Below, in pieces: positions 1-9,174 of a DNA stretch of 64,000 nt. This DNA comes from an uncultured Gemmatimonadales bacterium. GTDB taxonomy: Bacteria; Gemmatimonadota; Gemmatimonadetes; Longimicrobiales; RSA9. Every line of letters starts with the position of its first letter. Positions within the stretch are counted from its first letter, which is position 1. A program made the position numbers and the translations under genes. The DNA is taken from positions 1,856,001 through 1,920,000 of the forward strand of contig OY970192.1 in NCBI GenBank assembly GCA_963708135.1, given 5' to 3'. The notes beneath the pieces were generated by a model. That model worked only from the letters and a program-made list of their open reading frames with translations. It was not told the DNA's origin and ran no database searches.

Positions 1-476
1 GACCTCCAGCGAGGGGATGTCGGCCGACCGGGTGTAGTCCAGGGTCAGCAGCGCATAGGCGCTTCCCGCGTGCTCGAGGGGCACGATCGCGGCCGCGGCG
101 GCATCCGCCGTGGCCCAGGCTGGCGCGGACTCCAGCCGCAGCGGCGTACCCTCCTGCCACGCCCACTGCATCGCCTCGCCGGCCAGCCCGAGGCGCGCGC
201 CACGCTCCCCCCCGCGGCGAGCACCGGCGCCGCGACGCCTTCCTCGGGAAGCGCGTCCCAGAGCACGGCGCGCCGCGCGCCCGTGACGGCGCGGACCTCC
301 TCGAGCGCCTGCCGCAGCTCCTCGCCGGGCTCGACGGGCGCCGGAAACGGCTCCGGCGCCGTCCCTCCACGCGCGCCTGCCTGCCCGCCGCCACGCCGTG
401 GGTGCGTCTGCCGCCGGCGCTGCAGCAGCATCCCGAGCGCCAGGCCGCCGGTTACGGCGGCCAGCACGCCGATCAT
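1..476 (-). pseudogene. Membrane-anchored GAF-like sensor protein, N-terminal part, runs off the window edge; apparent frameshift at a G7 run (207-213)
   Basis: ATG at 476 overlaps the larB stop (ATGA). N-terminal TM helix MIGVLAAVTGGLALGMLL, then LRQALEEVRAVTGARRAVLW (GAF-like). After the G7 run the protein-like sequence (GERGARLGLAGEAMQWAWQEGTPLRLE...AAIVPLEHAGSAYALLTLDY) continues in another frame. Confidence 0.6.
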
Positions 477-1276
477 GTCGGTCGGGGGGCCCGCTGGATG
501 ATGCGGTGGGCGGCGCACGCCGCGCCGAAGCCGTTGTCGATGTTCACCACCGTCACGCCGGAGGCGCAGCTGGTCAGCATGCCGAGAAGCGCGGCCAGGC
601 CGCCGAACGCCGCGCCGTAACCCACGCTCGTCGGCACCGCGATGACGGGAACGCCGACCAGCCCGCCGACCACCGAGGCGAGGGCGCCCTCCATCCCGGC
701 CACCACGATGATCACCGAGGCACGCTGGAGGGCGTCCGACTCCTGGAGCAGCCGGTGGATCCCCGCGACCCCGACGTCGTAGAGCCGCTCGATCCGGCTG
801 CCGAGGGCGCGCGCGGTGACGGCCGCTTCCTCCGCCACCGGGAGGTCACCCGTTCCGGCGCTCACGACGAGGATCGTCCCCGGCCCGGCGGTCCCCTCCC
901 CCGCCCCCTCGCCCACCAGCCAGACCGTCCGCGCCAGCGCGTTCTCCTCCGCCGCCGGGTGCGCATCGCGCAGCGCGGCCCGCGTCTCCGCGGAGGCCCG
1001 CGTCACCAGGAAGCCACCGGTCCGCTCACGGAGACGCGCCGCGATGCGCACCACCTGGTCGGCAGTCTTGCCCTCGGCGAGGACCACCTCCGGGTACCCG
1101 TGCCGGAGCGCCCGATGATGGTCGAGGCGCGCGATCTCTACCCCCCCGGAGCCGTCGTCCGCCTCCGAGGCGACGGCTTCCACCGGCAGCCAGGCCAGCC
1201 GCTCGAGCGCCGCATCCGGCGTGCGCCGCCCCTCCGCCACCTCCCGCAGCAGCTCGAGCAGCCGCTCGCGCGTCAT
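473..1276 (-). CDS. larB: Nickel pincer cofactor biosynthesis protein LarB (AIR carboxylase/PurE-like)
   Basis: ARLDHHRALRHGYPEVVLAEGKT, SAGTGDLPVAEEA, DVGVAGIHRL, AGMEGAL, PTSVGYG, VVNIDNGFGAA. Start MTRERLL at 1276 overlaps the dusB stop. Confidence 0.92.
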   Translation of the reverse strand: MTRERLLELLREVAEGRRTPDAALERLAWLPVEAVASEADDGSGGVEIARLDHHRALRHGYPEVVLAEGKTADQVVRIAARLRERTGGFLVTRASAETRAALRDAHPAAEENALARTVWLVGEGAGEGTAGPGTILVVSAGTGDLPVAEEAAVTARALGSRIERLYDVGVAGIHRLLQESDALQRASVIIVVAGMEGALASVVGGLVGVPVIAVPTSVGYGAAFGGLAALLGMLTSCASGVTVVNIDNGFGAACAAHRIIQRAPRPT

Positions 1277-2268
1277 GCCGCCACCAGCGAGGCGCGTTCC
1301 AGGTACCCCTCCAGCAGCGACGCGGCCTCCGCCAGCCGCCGCACCCCGAACAGCTCCTGCCGCAGCGTACGCCCGTCCGGAAGCCCCTTCGTGTACCAGC
1401 CCAGGTGCTTCCGGAACTCGAGCATGGCCCGCTCCTCGTCGCGCTCGAACGCGATGGCGTTCCGCGCGTGCTCCAGCACCACCCTGAACCGCTCCGCCAC
1501 CTCCGGCTCCGCGGGAATGACGTCGCCGTCCAGTGCCGCCCGCGCCTCCGCGAACACCCACGGCCGGCCGTGCGAGCCACGCGCGATCATGATCCCGGCG
1601 CACCCCGTCTCCGCGCGCATCCGTCGCGCGTCCTCGCCCGTCCACACGTCGCCGTTCCCGACCACGGGGATGTCCAGTGCCTGCACCACCGCCGCGATCT
1701 CCGCCCAGTCTGCCACCCCCGAGTACATCTGCGTCCGGCTGCGCGCGTGCAGCGTGAGCACCTGCGCCCCCGCATCCTGGCAGCGCAGCGCGATCTCCAC
1801 CGGGTTGCGCTGCTCCTCGCTCCAGCCGCTGCGGATCTTCACCGTCGTCGCCAGCGCCGTGGCCCCGTCCACGGCGCGGATGATGCGCCCCACCAGCGGC
1901 AGGTCGCGCAGGCAGCCCGAGCCACCGTTCCGCTTCACCACCTTCTTCACGGGACAGCCGAAGTTGATGTCGATGAAGTCCGGCGCGTAGACCTCCGCCA
2001 CGAGCGCCGCCGCCTCGCCCATCGCCGCCGGGTCGGACCCGAAGATCTGCACCCCGATCGGCCGCTCCGGCTCCTCGAAGCGCAGGTACTCGTGCGTCCT
2101 CTCGCTGCCGCGACGGATCCCTTCCGCGCTCACGAACTCGCTCACCACGACGTCCGCGCCGAAGCTCCGGCAGAGCCGCCGGAAGGGCGACTCGCTCACC
2201 CCCGCCTGCGGGGCCAGGAAGAGCGGGATACGCCCGTTCGAGAGCCTGTTCCAGAGGTCGTTGGACAT
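1273..2268 (-). CDS. dusB: tRNA-dihydrouridine synthase B
   Basis: LAPQAGVS, VQIFGSDP, IDINFGCPVKKV, VKIRSGW, LHARSRTQMY, GNGDV, IARG motifs. Confidence 0.93.
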   Translation of the reverse strand: MSNDLWNRLSNGRIPLFLAPQAGVSESPFRRLCRSFGADVVVSEFVSAEGIRRGSERTHEYLRFEEPERPIGVQIFGSDPAAMGEAAALVAEVYAPDFIDINFGCPVKKVVKRNGGSGCLRDLPLVGRIIRAVDGATALATTVKIRSGWSEEQRNPVEIALRCQDAGAQVLTLHARSRTQMYSGVADWAEIAAVVQALDIPVVGNGDVWTGEDARRMRAETGCAGIMIARGSHGRPWVFAEARAALDGDVIPAEPEVAERFRVVLEHARNAIAFERDEERAMLEFRKHLGWYTKGLPDGRTLRQELFGVRRLAEAASLLEGYLERASLVAA

Positions 2269-2274
2269 GTCCGC

Positions 2275-2303
2275 AATTTAACCGTTTCCAGGGGCTCGAT
2301 CAA
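2275..2303 (-). promoter_or_regulatory. Sigma70-type promoter of dusB-larB (probably leaderless)
   Basis: TTGATC-N17-TAAATT on the minus strand; ATG only 6 nt after the -10 box. Confidence 0.6.
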
Positions 2304-2329
2304 TCGAACGACGGCGCATCCGGGCCGTT

Positions 2330-2359
2330 TTGACACGCCATCCACACCCCGGTTATCTT
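2330..2359 (+). promoter_or_regulatory. Sigma70-type promoter of the EIIA/zinc-ribbon operon
   Basis: TTGACA-N18-TATCTT upstream of a GGAGG RBS and the ATG at 2406. Confidence 0.6.
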
Positions 2360-2405
2360 CTTTTCTCCCGCCGCTCGGCGGGGCAACGGGAAACCGGAGG
2401 CATGA

Positions 2406-2858
2406 ATGGAATTGCGGGAGTTTTTCAATAGAGACGTCGTCCGGCTCGAGCTCGGGGGCGGCAGCAAGGACGAGATCCTGAAGGAGCTCATCGCCCTGCT
2501 CGCCCTCGACGAGAAGAGCGAGGGCATCCTCTTCAAGATGCTGAAGCGTCGCGAGAACCTCGGCTCCACCGGGATCGGCCGCGGGATCGCCATCCCCCAC
2601 TGCCGCTCGCTCGTGGTCAACCGGCTGCGCGTGGCCTTCGGCCGCAAGCCGGAAGGCGTCGAGTTCAAGGCCATCGACGGGCAGCCGGTCCGCAACTTCT
2701 TCCTCATCGTCGCGCCGCCGCTCGAGGTCAGCAACCAGTACCTGCCCGTCCTGGGCAAGATCGCCCAGTTCGCCAAGGAGCCGGAAGTCGCCGGCCGCCT
2801 CGAAGAGCTCAGGACGGCCGACGAGTTCCTCGAGCTGCTCGAGCAGAAGGCGAGCTGA
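2406..2858 (+). CDS. PTS EIIA component, fructose/nitrogen-regulatory (PtsN-like) family
   Basis: RENLGSTGIGRGIAIPHCR with the phospho-His; AIDGQPVRNFFLI. Confidence 0.9.
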   Translation: MELREFFNRDVVRLELGGGSKDEILKELIALLALDEKSEGILFKMLKRRENLGSTGIGRGIAIPHCRSLVVNRLRVAFGRKPEGVEFKAIDGQPVRNFFLIVAPPLEVSNQYLPVLGKIAQFAKEPEVAGRLEELRTADEFLELLEQKAS

Positions 2859-2867
2859 GGAGAGGCA

Positions 2868-3227
2868 ATGCATCCCCAGCTCGAGATCCTGCTTCAGATC
2901 CAGGACCTGAAGGCGCAGAAGCGTGAGCTCCTCGATGCCGACGCCGTCCGCCAGGTCGAGGAGGAGCAGTTCAACGTCGACATCGATGCCGCCGTCGAGC
3001 AGCTCGATGCCAAGATCGCCGAGATGAAGGACGCCCTCGAGCCCGGCGTCCGCAGCCGCTTCGAGCGCATCGCCCAGGGCCGCGGCCGTCCCGTCGTCCC
3101 CGTCGTCAAGGGCACGTGCTATGGCTGCTTCACCTCCGTCGCCACCGCCCGTGCCACCGGCGGCCGGCTCAACCAGACCCTCCAGGCCTGCGAGAACTGC
3201 GGCCGCTTCCTCTACGTCGTTGACTAG
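2868..3227 (+). CDS. Coiled-coil plus C4-type zinc ribbon protein (DUF164-like, short form)
   Basis: LLQIQDL coiled coil; CYGC...CENCGRFLY. Confidence 0.8.
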   Translation: MHPQLEILLQIQDLKAQKRELLDADAVRQVEEEQFNVDIDAAVEQLDAKIAEMKDALEPGVRSRFERIAQGRGRPVVPVVKGTCYGCFTSVATARATGGRLNQTLQACENCGRFLYVVD

Positions 3228-3308
3228 CGTCGTCAGTCCGACGTGCCGTGCGCACCAGGAGCGGCGCCGCGCCCGTGCTGGCCCTTGAACTCCGACATCT
3301 GGCCCCTG

Positions 3309-3347
3309 AAAAGAATCGCCGGACCCCTGCACGGGGCCCGGCGATTC
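3309..3347 (-). terminator. Rho-independent terminator between convergent genes
   Basis: GAATCGCCGG...CCGGCGATTC inverted repeat followed by TTTT on the minus strand. Confidence 0.65.
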
Positions 3348-3392
3348 ATCTGTGGCTCTTCGGACGCAGCGAGGATCTCTAGGCTCTCTCTC

Positions 3393-3842
3393 CTATTTGC
3401 CGACCAGGATCTTGATGACCCTGCTCGTGCCGTTCACGGTCAACTGCAGGTAGTAGACTCCCGATGCGACCTTGTTGCCATTCCTGTCGAAACCATCCCA
3501 CCTAGCTTCCTTGTGGCCCGGCATCGTGTACGGCAGGTTCTCCACCTTCGGTCCGTTCCCCCCGGGATAATCGAGGGCCACCGGAATCGCAACGAGCTGC
3601 TGCAGCACGTTGAAGATCCGGATCGTCACCACGACTGGCTTCCCGTCGGTGAACAGACCCTCGCCCAGATCGAACGGGATCGTCGTGACGGGATTGAAGG
3701 GGTTCGGATAGTTCTGCTCGAGCCTGAAGCCTTGCCCTGCACCGCTCGTTCCTCCAGGCTGCTGCGCGTGCAGCCGCCCTGGCAGAAACGCGAGTGCAAG
3801 GAGGAGGATGACTCCGACGCAACTACCGCGTCTCATGGTCAC
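3393..3842 (-). CDS. Secreted protein consisting of one FlgD-Ig/secretion-tail (T9SS CTD-like) domain
   Basis: Signal peptide ending LHA-Q; LEQNYPNPFNPVTTIPF; WDGFDRNGNKVASGVYYLQL. Confidence 0.8.
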   Translation of the reverse strand: MTMRRGSCVGVILLLALAFLPGRLHAQQPGGTSGAGQGFRLEQNYPNPFNPVTTIPFDLGEGLFTDGKPVVVTIRIFNVLQQLVAIPVALDYPGGNGPKVENLPYTMPGHKEARWDGFDRNGNKVASGVYYLQLTVNGTSRVIKILVGK

Positions 3843-3937
3843 CTCCGCACAGAATCTGTGCCGTAGCTAAGGGTGCGATTGCCCTCCCGTTCGGTGGTGG
3901 TTTTGGCCGCTCTGCGGCCCCTGTTCCATGCACGATC

Positions 3938-3966
3938 ATGATACGGATTGACCTCTGCGGCGTCAA
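3938..3966 (-). promoter_or_regulatory. Sigma70-type promoter with an overlapping TTGAC-N9-GTCAA inverted repeat
   Basis: TTGACG-N17-TATCAT on the minus strand. Confidence 0.6.
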
Positions 3967-4012
3967 GGCTTTGTTTCCGACGGGGATAGCCCCCCTCACC
4001 TGACCCGTCGTC

Positions 4013-5899
4013 TCACTGCGCCAGGACCCGCACCTCTCCCCTCCTCGCCGTCACGCCCGCGGCGTCCAGGTGCTCCAGCAGCGGAATCAGATACTTCCGC
4101 GACACAGGCAGCACCTCCTTGAGCTCCGCCGCGGAGAGCGACCGGCCCCCCGCAAGTGCGCGCCGGACTTCGGCCTCCGCCCTTTCCAGCACGCTCCGGG
4201 CCACGTACAGCTCGGGCCCGAGCGCCACCACCAGGCCGTCCCCCTCCAGCAGGCGCAGCAGCGCCCGCACGTCCTGCCGCTCCCGCAACTCCCGCGGCCA
4301 TGCCGGGAGCGTCGGCGGGGCGAGGCCCCCGTCCTCCAGAAGGGACAGGATCCGGGCCCGCGCACCTGCCTGGGATGCGGTGAGTACAGGGGTGTACCCG
4401 GTTCGGGCGACGATGCTCCCGCGCGCCTCGAGGCGCCCCTCCGACTGCAGGCGCCCGAGAGCCCACTCTGCGAGCTCCGGCGCCCATCCGGGAGGGAGTG
4501 CCCGGCGCAGCTCCTCGCGGTCGATGCCCGGCTCGAGCGGGCGCTCCCGGTGGCACGCCTCGACGGCGTGGACGAGCGCCTCGACGGCTGCGGCGCCGGC
4601 GCCGGCCGGGAGCAGGAGGTCTCCGATCCGGAGCACGCCCGGCACGCCGCCGGCGAGGGCCCGGTTCACGGCCGCGGGCGGAAACGGCGTGTCGATCGGC
4701 AGGCGGTCGGCCGGCACGCCGGCGGGACCCGCGAGCGCCACACGGGCTGCGATCGCCTCATCCACCGGCCCATCGAGCCGCGTGAGGCGCTCGCGGAGGT
4801 CGGGCGAGAGCCGGTTTCGCCTGGGCGCATCCGGCTCCGCGATGACGCCGCCGCCGATCGTCGTGATCGGGGAGTAGGAGCGGACCACGAAGCGGTCGCC
4901 GGCCCGGGCGACGACGCCGGCCTCCAGCCGCAGCTGCACCCAGCCCTCGTCGCCACCGCGCAGTGTCGTGCCCTCGAGCGGCACTACGCGCGCCATCACC
5001 TCGGCGGTCCCGAGATGAAAGCGCACGCGCTGGCGCATGCGGACCTCCCACCCCGTCCCGGGCAGGACGCGCAGGCGGCAGGTGAGCATGCGCGCCTGCG
5101 TCCACGCGGGATCCAGCACGAGGACATCGCCGCGGCGGAGGGCCTCCCGCTCGATTCCCGCCAGCGCCACGGCCGCGCGCTGCCCCGCCCCGACCCGCGC
5201 CACGTCGTGGCCGTGGGCCTGGAGCCCGCGCACGCGTGCCGCCATCCCGGCGGGCAGGATGCGGAGCGTGGCATCGCCGCGGAGCACTCCACTCCAGACC
5301 GTGCCGGTCACGACGGTCCCGGTGCCACGCACGGTGAAGACGCGATCCACGGGAAGGCGGAACAGGTCGTCGTCGCCTCGCTGCGCGACGGCGCCGGCCG
5401 CGTCGGCGAGTGCCTGGCGCAGCGCGTCGATGCCGGCGCCGGTCGTGCCGGAGACCGGCAGCAGCGGGACGTCGCGGAACGCCGTCGCCGCGAGCTCCTC
5501 GCGCAGCTCGTCGAGCACCAGCTCGAGCCAGGCGGGCTCCACCAGGTCGGCCTTGGTCACGGCCACGACGGCGCCACGGACCCCGAGCAGGTCGATGATG
5601 GCGAGGTGCTCGCGCGTCTGCGGCATGACCCCCTCGTCGGCGGCCACCACCAGCAGCGCCAGGTCGATGCCGGTGGCGCCCGCGAGCATGTTGCGGATGA
5701 AGGCCTCGTGCCCCGGGACGTCCACGATCCCGAGCTCGATCTGCTCCGTCACGGCCAGGCGGGCGAACCCCAGATCGATCGTGATGCCCCGCCGCCGCTC
5801 CTCCGGCAGCCGGTCCGTGTCCACGCCCGTGAGCGCGCGGATCAGCGTCGTCTTGCCGTGGTCGATGTGGCCGGCCGTGCCGAGGATCAACTGCCTCAT
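4013..5899 (-). CDS. selB: Selenocysteine-specific translation elongation factor
   Basis: [33 protein letters not shown]-terminal winged helices ending [13 protein letters not shown]...RRGEVR. Confidence 0.96.
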   Translation of the reverse strand: MRQLILGTAGHIDHGKTTLIRALTGVDTDRLPEERRRGITIDLGFARLAVTEQIELGIVDVPGHEAFIRNMLAGATGIDLALLVVAADEGVMPQTREHLAIIDLLGVRGAVVAVTKADLVEPAWLELVLDELREELAATAFRDVPLLPVSGTTGAGIDALRQALADAAGAVAQRGDDDLFRLPVDRVFTVRGTGTVVTGTVWSGVLRGDATLRILPAGMAARVRGLQAHGHDVARVGAGQRAAVALAGIEREALRRGDVLVLDPAWTQARMLTCRLRVLPGTGWEVRMRQRVRFHLGTAEVMARVVPLEGTTLRGGDEGWVQLRLEAGVVARAGDRFVVRSYSPITTIGGGVIAEPDAPRRNRLSPDLRERLTRLDGPVDEAIAARVALAGPAGVPADRLPIDTPFPPAAVNRALAGGVPGVLRIGDLLLPAGAGAAAVEALVHAVEACHRERPLEPGIDREELRRALPPGWAPELAEWALGRLQSEGRLEARGSIVARTGYTPVLTASQAGARARILSLLEDGGLAPPTLPAWPRELRERQDVRALLRLLEGDGLVVALGPELYVARSVLERAEAEVRRALAGGRSLSAAELKEVLPVSRKYLIPLLEHLDAAGVTARRGEVRVLAQ

Positions 5900-6642
5900 C
5901 CCGCCTCCAGCGCCCGCGCCATGAACTCCAGCGACCGTAGCGCCCCGCCCTCCATCACGTGGTGCTCGAGGTAGCGGGCCAGGAGCGCCCAGTGCGCCGT
6001 CGTCCGCTCCACCGGCGCCGCCTCGCCTCGCCCGAACGCGGCCAGCGTGGCGCGCGCATGCGCCGGGAGCGCGCGCCCCGCGCCCGGATGCGCACACGTC
6101 TCGCAGCGCACGCCGCCCGCCGCGTAGTCGAACGCGGCGTCTTCACCGGCCGCCAGTTCCCTGCCGCAGCCGAGGCACTCCTCGAGCGAAGGCGCGAACC
6201 CGAGCCGCCCGACCAGGGCCCACGTCGCCGCGAGCACGCTCGATTCCAGAATCCGCGGCGGGCTCGTCTCGAGCCCGTCCAGCGCGGCGCCGAACGCCTC
6301 GAAGAGCTCCGGGTCCGCCGCTTCCGTTCCCGTGCGCAGGATGATCTCCGTCAGCAGCAATGCGCCGCCGAAGCGCAGCAGGTCGCGCCCGAGCCCCTGC
6401 CGGCTCCGGGCCAGCTCGAACCCGCTGAGCGTCTGCAGCTCCCGGCTCTCCTTCACGTAGAGCGTGGCCACCCCCTCCGTGAACGGCTCCAGCACCCCGC
6501 CATAGCGGCTGCGCGGCCGCAGTGCCCCGCGCGCCAGCGCCGACTGCACGCCGTGCGACCGCGTCAGCAGGCGCAGGATCTTGCTGGTTTCGCTGTAGGG
6601 AAAGGTCTGAAGGACGATGCAGTCCTCGGAGAGGAGCGACAT
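5896..6642 (-). CDS. recO: DNA repair protein RecO
   Basis: [40 protein letters not shown]; Zn finger CLGC...CETC. Confidence 0.93.
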   Translation of the reverse strand: MSLLSEDCIVLQTFPYSETSKILRLLTRSHGVQSALARGALRPRSRYGGVLEPFTEGVATLYVKESRELQTLSGFELARSRQGLGRDLLRFGGALLLTEIILRTGTEAADPELFEAFGAALDGLETSPPRILESSVLAATWALVGRLGFAPSLEECLGCGRELAAGEDAAFDYAAGGVRCETCAHPGAGRALPAHARATLAAFGRGEAAPVERTTAHWALLARYLEHHVMEGGALRSLEFMARALEAG

Positions 6643-6649
6643 GCGCGGC

Positions 6650-7390
6650 TCAGCGTCCGGCCATCGCCTCGAAGCGGGCGACGAGGGCGTCGCGCCTTGC
6701 CCGGTACTCCGCCGCCGTCGCGGCATCCGAGCCGGCCGCGCCGTGCGCCTCGTCCAGCTCGGCGATGCGGACGAGCAGCTCCCGGTTCGAGAGCCGCCGC
6801 CTCCGCCGCAGCCACTCGAGCAACGCCCAACCCAGCGCGCCCGCGACGATGAGCCCGAGCAGCAGCTCCGGCAGCCAACGTGGTACGCCTCCCGTCCGCG
6901 TACTCTGCGCGGCCTGCGCCTGCGCGAGTCCTGTCCCGGTGCTCCCGAGCGGTCCCGGGCTCACGGCGCCCACGCCGACGGTGACGTCGTACTCGGTGGC
7001 CGCGGGCACCGGCGGCCGGAACGGCTGCCCGATGTAGAGCTGGCCCTCGTACCTGGCCGCGACGAAGAACACCGCGCTGTCCGCCGGCGCCGTGGCGGGG
7101 ACCGCCAGCTCGAAGCGGCCCTCCGGGTCCGTCCGCGCGGTGGCGACCATCGCTCCGCCCGCCTGCGTGACCCTGTGAAGCGCTACGTCCTGCCCCGCCA
7201 CCGGCTTTCCCGCCGGATCGAGCACCCGCCCGTGTAGCGCTCCGCCCTGCGCCTGCGCCGCCGGCGCCTGGAGCACCGCTTCAGAGTCGGACGCGGACGC
7301 GGACGTCGCGCGGGCCCGCCCGGCGGAGCCCACGAGCAGGGGCAGCAGCGCCGCGAGCGCGGCGGCCCGGAAGCGCGTCGCGCCGCTCAC
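6650..7390 (-). CDS. Exported protein with a carboxypeptidase-regulatory-like domain and C-terminal membrane anchor
   Basis: GTG overlapping the upstream stop; signal-like N-terminus; LHGRVLDPAGKPVAG, ARTDPEGRF; TM helix WLPELLLGLIVAGALGWALL. Confidence 0.65.
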   Translation of the reverse strand: MSGATRFRAAALAALLPLLVGSAGRARATSASASDSEAVLQAPAAQAQGGALHGRVLDPAGKPVAGQDVALHRVTQAGGAMVATARTDPEGRFELAVPATAPADSAVFFVAARYEGQLYIGQPFRPPVPAATEYDVTVGVGAVSPGPLGSTGTGLAQAQAAQSTRTGGVPRWLPELLLGLIVAGALGWALLEWLRRRRRLSNRELLVRIAELDEAHGAAGSDAATAAEYRARRDALVARFEAMAGR

Positions 7391-7914
7391 GGGGTGAAGC
7401 GCCCGAAGTCCTCGGGGTCCAGCCGGCGCAGGTGCTCGCGGAGCTCCTCGGCGCTCATCCCGTGGAGCTCCTGGTGCTCGGGCGTCACGAACTCCTCCGG
7501 GCTCTCGCTCGCCTCGGCGACCTCGATGCTGGTGTCCTCGAGCAGCGACTCGCTCGTGTAGATCGAGGCGGAGAGCCGCAGCCCGATGGCGATCGAGTCC
7601 GATGGTCGGGCGTCCACGCTGATCACCTCCGCGCCGCGCTGGATGATCAGCTCCGCGTAATACGTGTTGTCCACCACCTTCGTGATCACGACGCGCTGGA
7701 GCGAGCCGCCGAGCCCGACGATCACCGAGGCGAACAGGTCGTGCGTCAGCGGGCGGGAGAACTTCATCCCCGCCAGCTCCATGGCGATCGCGCTCGCTTC
7801 GCCGGGGCCGATCCAGATCGGCAGCACGCGCGTTCCATCCTTCTCCTGGAGGATGACCACGGGCGTGTTCGACTGCCGGTCGAGTCCGAGGCTCTGTACC
7901 TTCACTTCCACCAT
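7387..7914 (-). CDS. Bifunctional nuclease family protein (DUF151)
   Basis: LPIWIGPGEASAIA, RPLTHDL, DARPSDSIA. Confidence 0.92.
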   Translation of the reverse strand: MVEVKVQSLGLDRQSNTPVVILQEKDGTRVLPIWIGPGEASAIAMELAGMKFSRPLTHDLFASVIVGLGGSLQRVVITKVVDNTYYAELIIQRGAEVISVDARPSDSIAIGLRLSASIYTSESLLEDTSIEVAEASESPEEFVTPEHQELHGMSAEELREHLRRLDPEDFGRFTP

Positions 7915-7947
7915 GCTCGCCTCCAATGCTGCTCGCTTTCCCGGCCC

Positions 7948-9123
7948 CTATGCGCCCGCCGCGGTGCGCAGGTCGTCCGTCCGGTTCGTCCGCTCCCACG
8001 AGAAGAACTCCACGTCCCGCCCGTCCACCCGCTCCGCCGCCGCCTGACGGCCGAAGTGACCGTACGCGGCCGTCGCCCTGTAGATCGGGTCGCGCAGGCG
8101 GAGCGCCTCGATGATGGCCCGCGGCTGGAAGTCGAAGACCTCTTCCACCGCCTCCGCCAGCAGCGCGTCCGGGAGCTGTCCCGTCCCGAACGTGTCCACA
8201 TACACCGAAACCGGGCGGGCGACTCCAATCGCGTACGCCAGCTGGATCTCGCACCGCCGCGCGAGCCCCGCCGCCACCACGTTCTTGGCCGCCCAGCGCG
8301 CCGCGTACGCCGCCGACCGGTCCACCTTCGAGGGATCCTTCCCGCTGAACGCCCCGCCGCCGTGACGCGCCGAGCCGCCGTACGTGTCCACGATGATCTT
8401 CCGCCCGGTGAGCCCCGTGTCCCCGTGCGGGCCGCCCACGACGAAGCGACCGGTCGGGTTCACGTGCAGGGTGCATCCGGCGGCGTCGAACCACTCGGCC
8501 GGCAGCGCCGGCGCGAGCACGTGCTCGATGATCTCGTCCCGCAGCTCGGCGAGCGTGATGTCGGGGGAATGCTGCGCGCTGACCACCACCGTGTGCACCC
8601 GTACGGGGCGGTCCCCCTCGTACTCGAGCGTCACCTGCGCCTTGCCGTCGGGCCGCAGCCAGGGCAGCCGGCCCGATTTGCGCACGGCGGCCAGGCGCTG
8701 CGTCACCCGGTGCGCCAGCTGGATCGGGGCGGGCATGAGCTCCGCCGTCTCGTCCACGGCGTAGCCGAACATCATCCCCTGGTCTCCCGCCCCGCCCGGG
8801 TCCACCCCCTGCGCGATGTCGGGCGACTGCTGGTCGAGCGCCACGAGCACCGAGCACGTCTCGCCGTCGATTCCGTAGGCAGAGTCGGTGTAGCCGATCG
8901 AGCGGAGCGTGCCCCGCACCACCGTCGGCAGGTCCACGTAGGTGCGCGTCGTGATCTCGCCCGAGACGAGCACCAGCCCCGTCGTCACCAGGACCTCGCA
9001 TGCGACCCGCCCCTCCGGGTCCTCGTCGAGGATGGCGTCCAGCACCGCGTCGCTGATCTGGTCCGCGATCTTGTCGGGATGTCCCTCCGTCACCGACTCG
9101 GAGGTGAACAGGGTCCGGCTCAA
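7948..9123 (-). CDS. metK: S-adenosylmethionine synthase
   Basis: [48 protein letters not shown]. Confidence 0.98.
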   Translation of the reverse strand: MSRTLFTSESVTEGHPDKIADQISDAVLDAILDEDPEGRVACEVLVTTGLVLVSGEITTRTYVDLPTVVRGTLRSIGYTDSAYGIDGETCSVLVALDQQSPDIAQGVDPGGAGDQGMMFGYAVDETAELMPAPIQLAHRVTQRLAAVRKSGRLPWLRPDGKAQVTLEYEGDRPVRVHTVVVSAQHSPDITLAELRDEIIEHVLAPALPAEWFDAAGCTLHVNPTGRFVVGGPHGDTGLTGRKIIVDTYGGSARHGGGAFSGKDPSKVDRSAAYAARWAAKNVVAAGLARRCEIQLAYAIGVARPVSVYVDTFGTGQLPDALLAEAVEEVFDFQPRAIIEALRLRDPIYRATAAYGHFGRQAAAERVDGRDVEFFSWERTNRTDDLRTAAGA

Positions 9124-9174
9124 GGCATGCTCCGATCGTTCACATTCACGCCGTGCCGCGACTCCGCGGCGTCA

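Noticed and set aside
4013..5899. Possible selenoprotein or recoded UGA near selB
   Set aside because: I found no gene in the window with a convincing in-frame UGA plus downstream homology, and no selA/selC/selD here.
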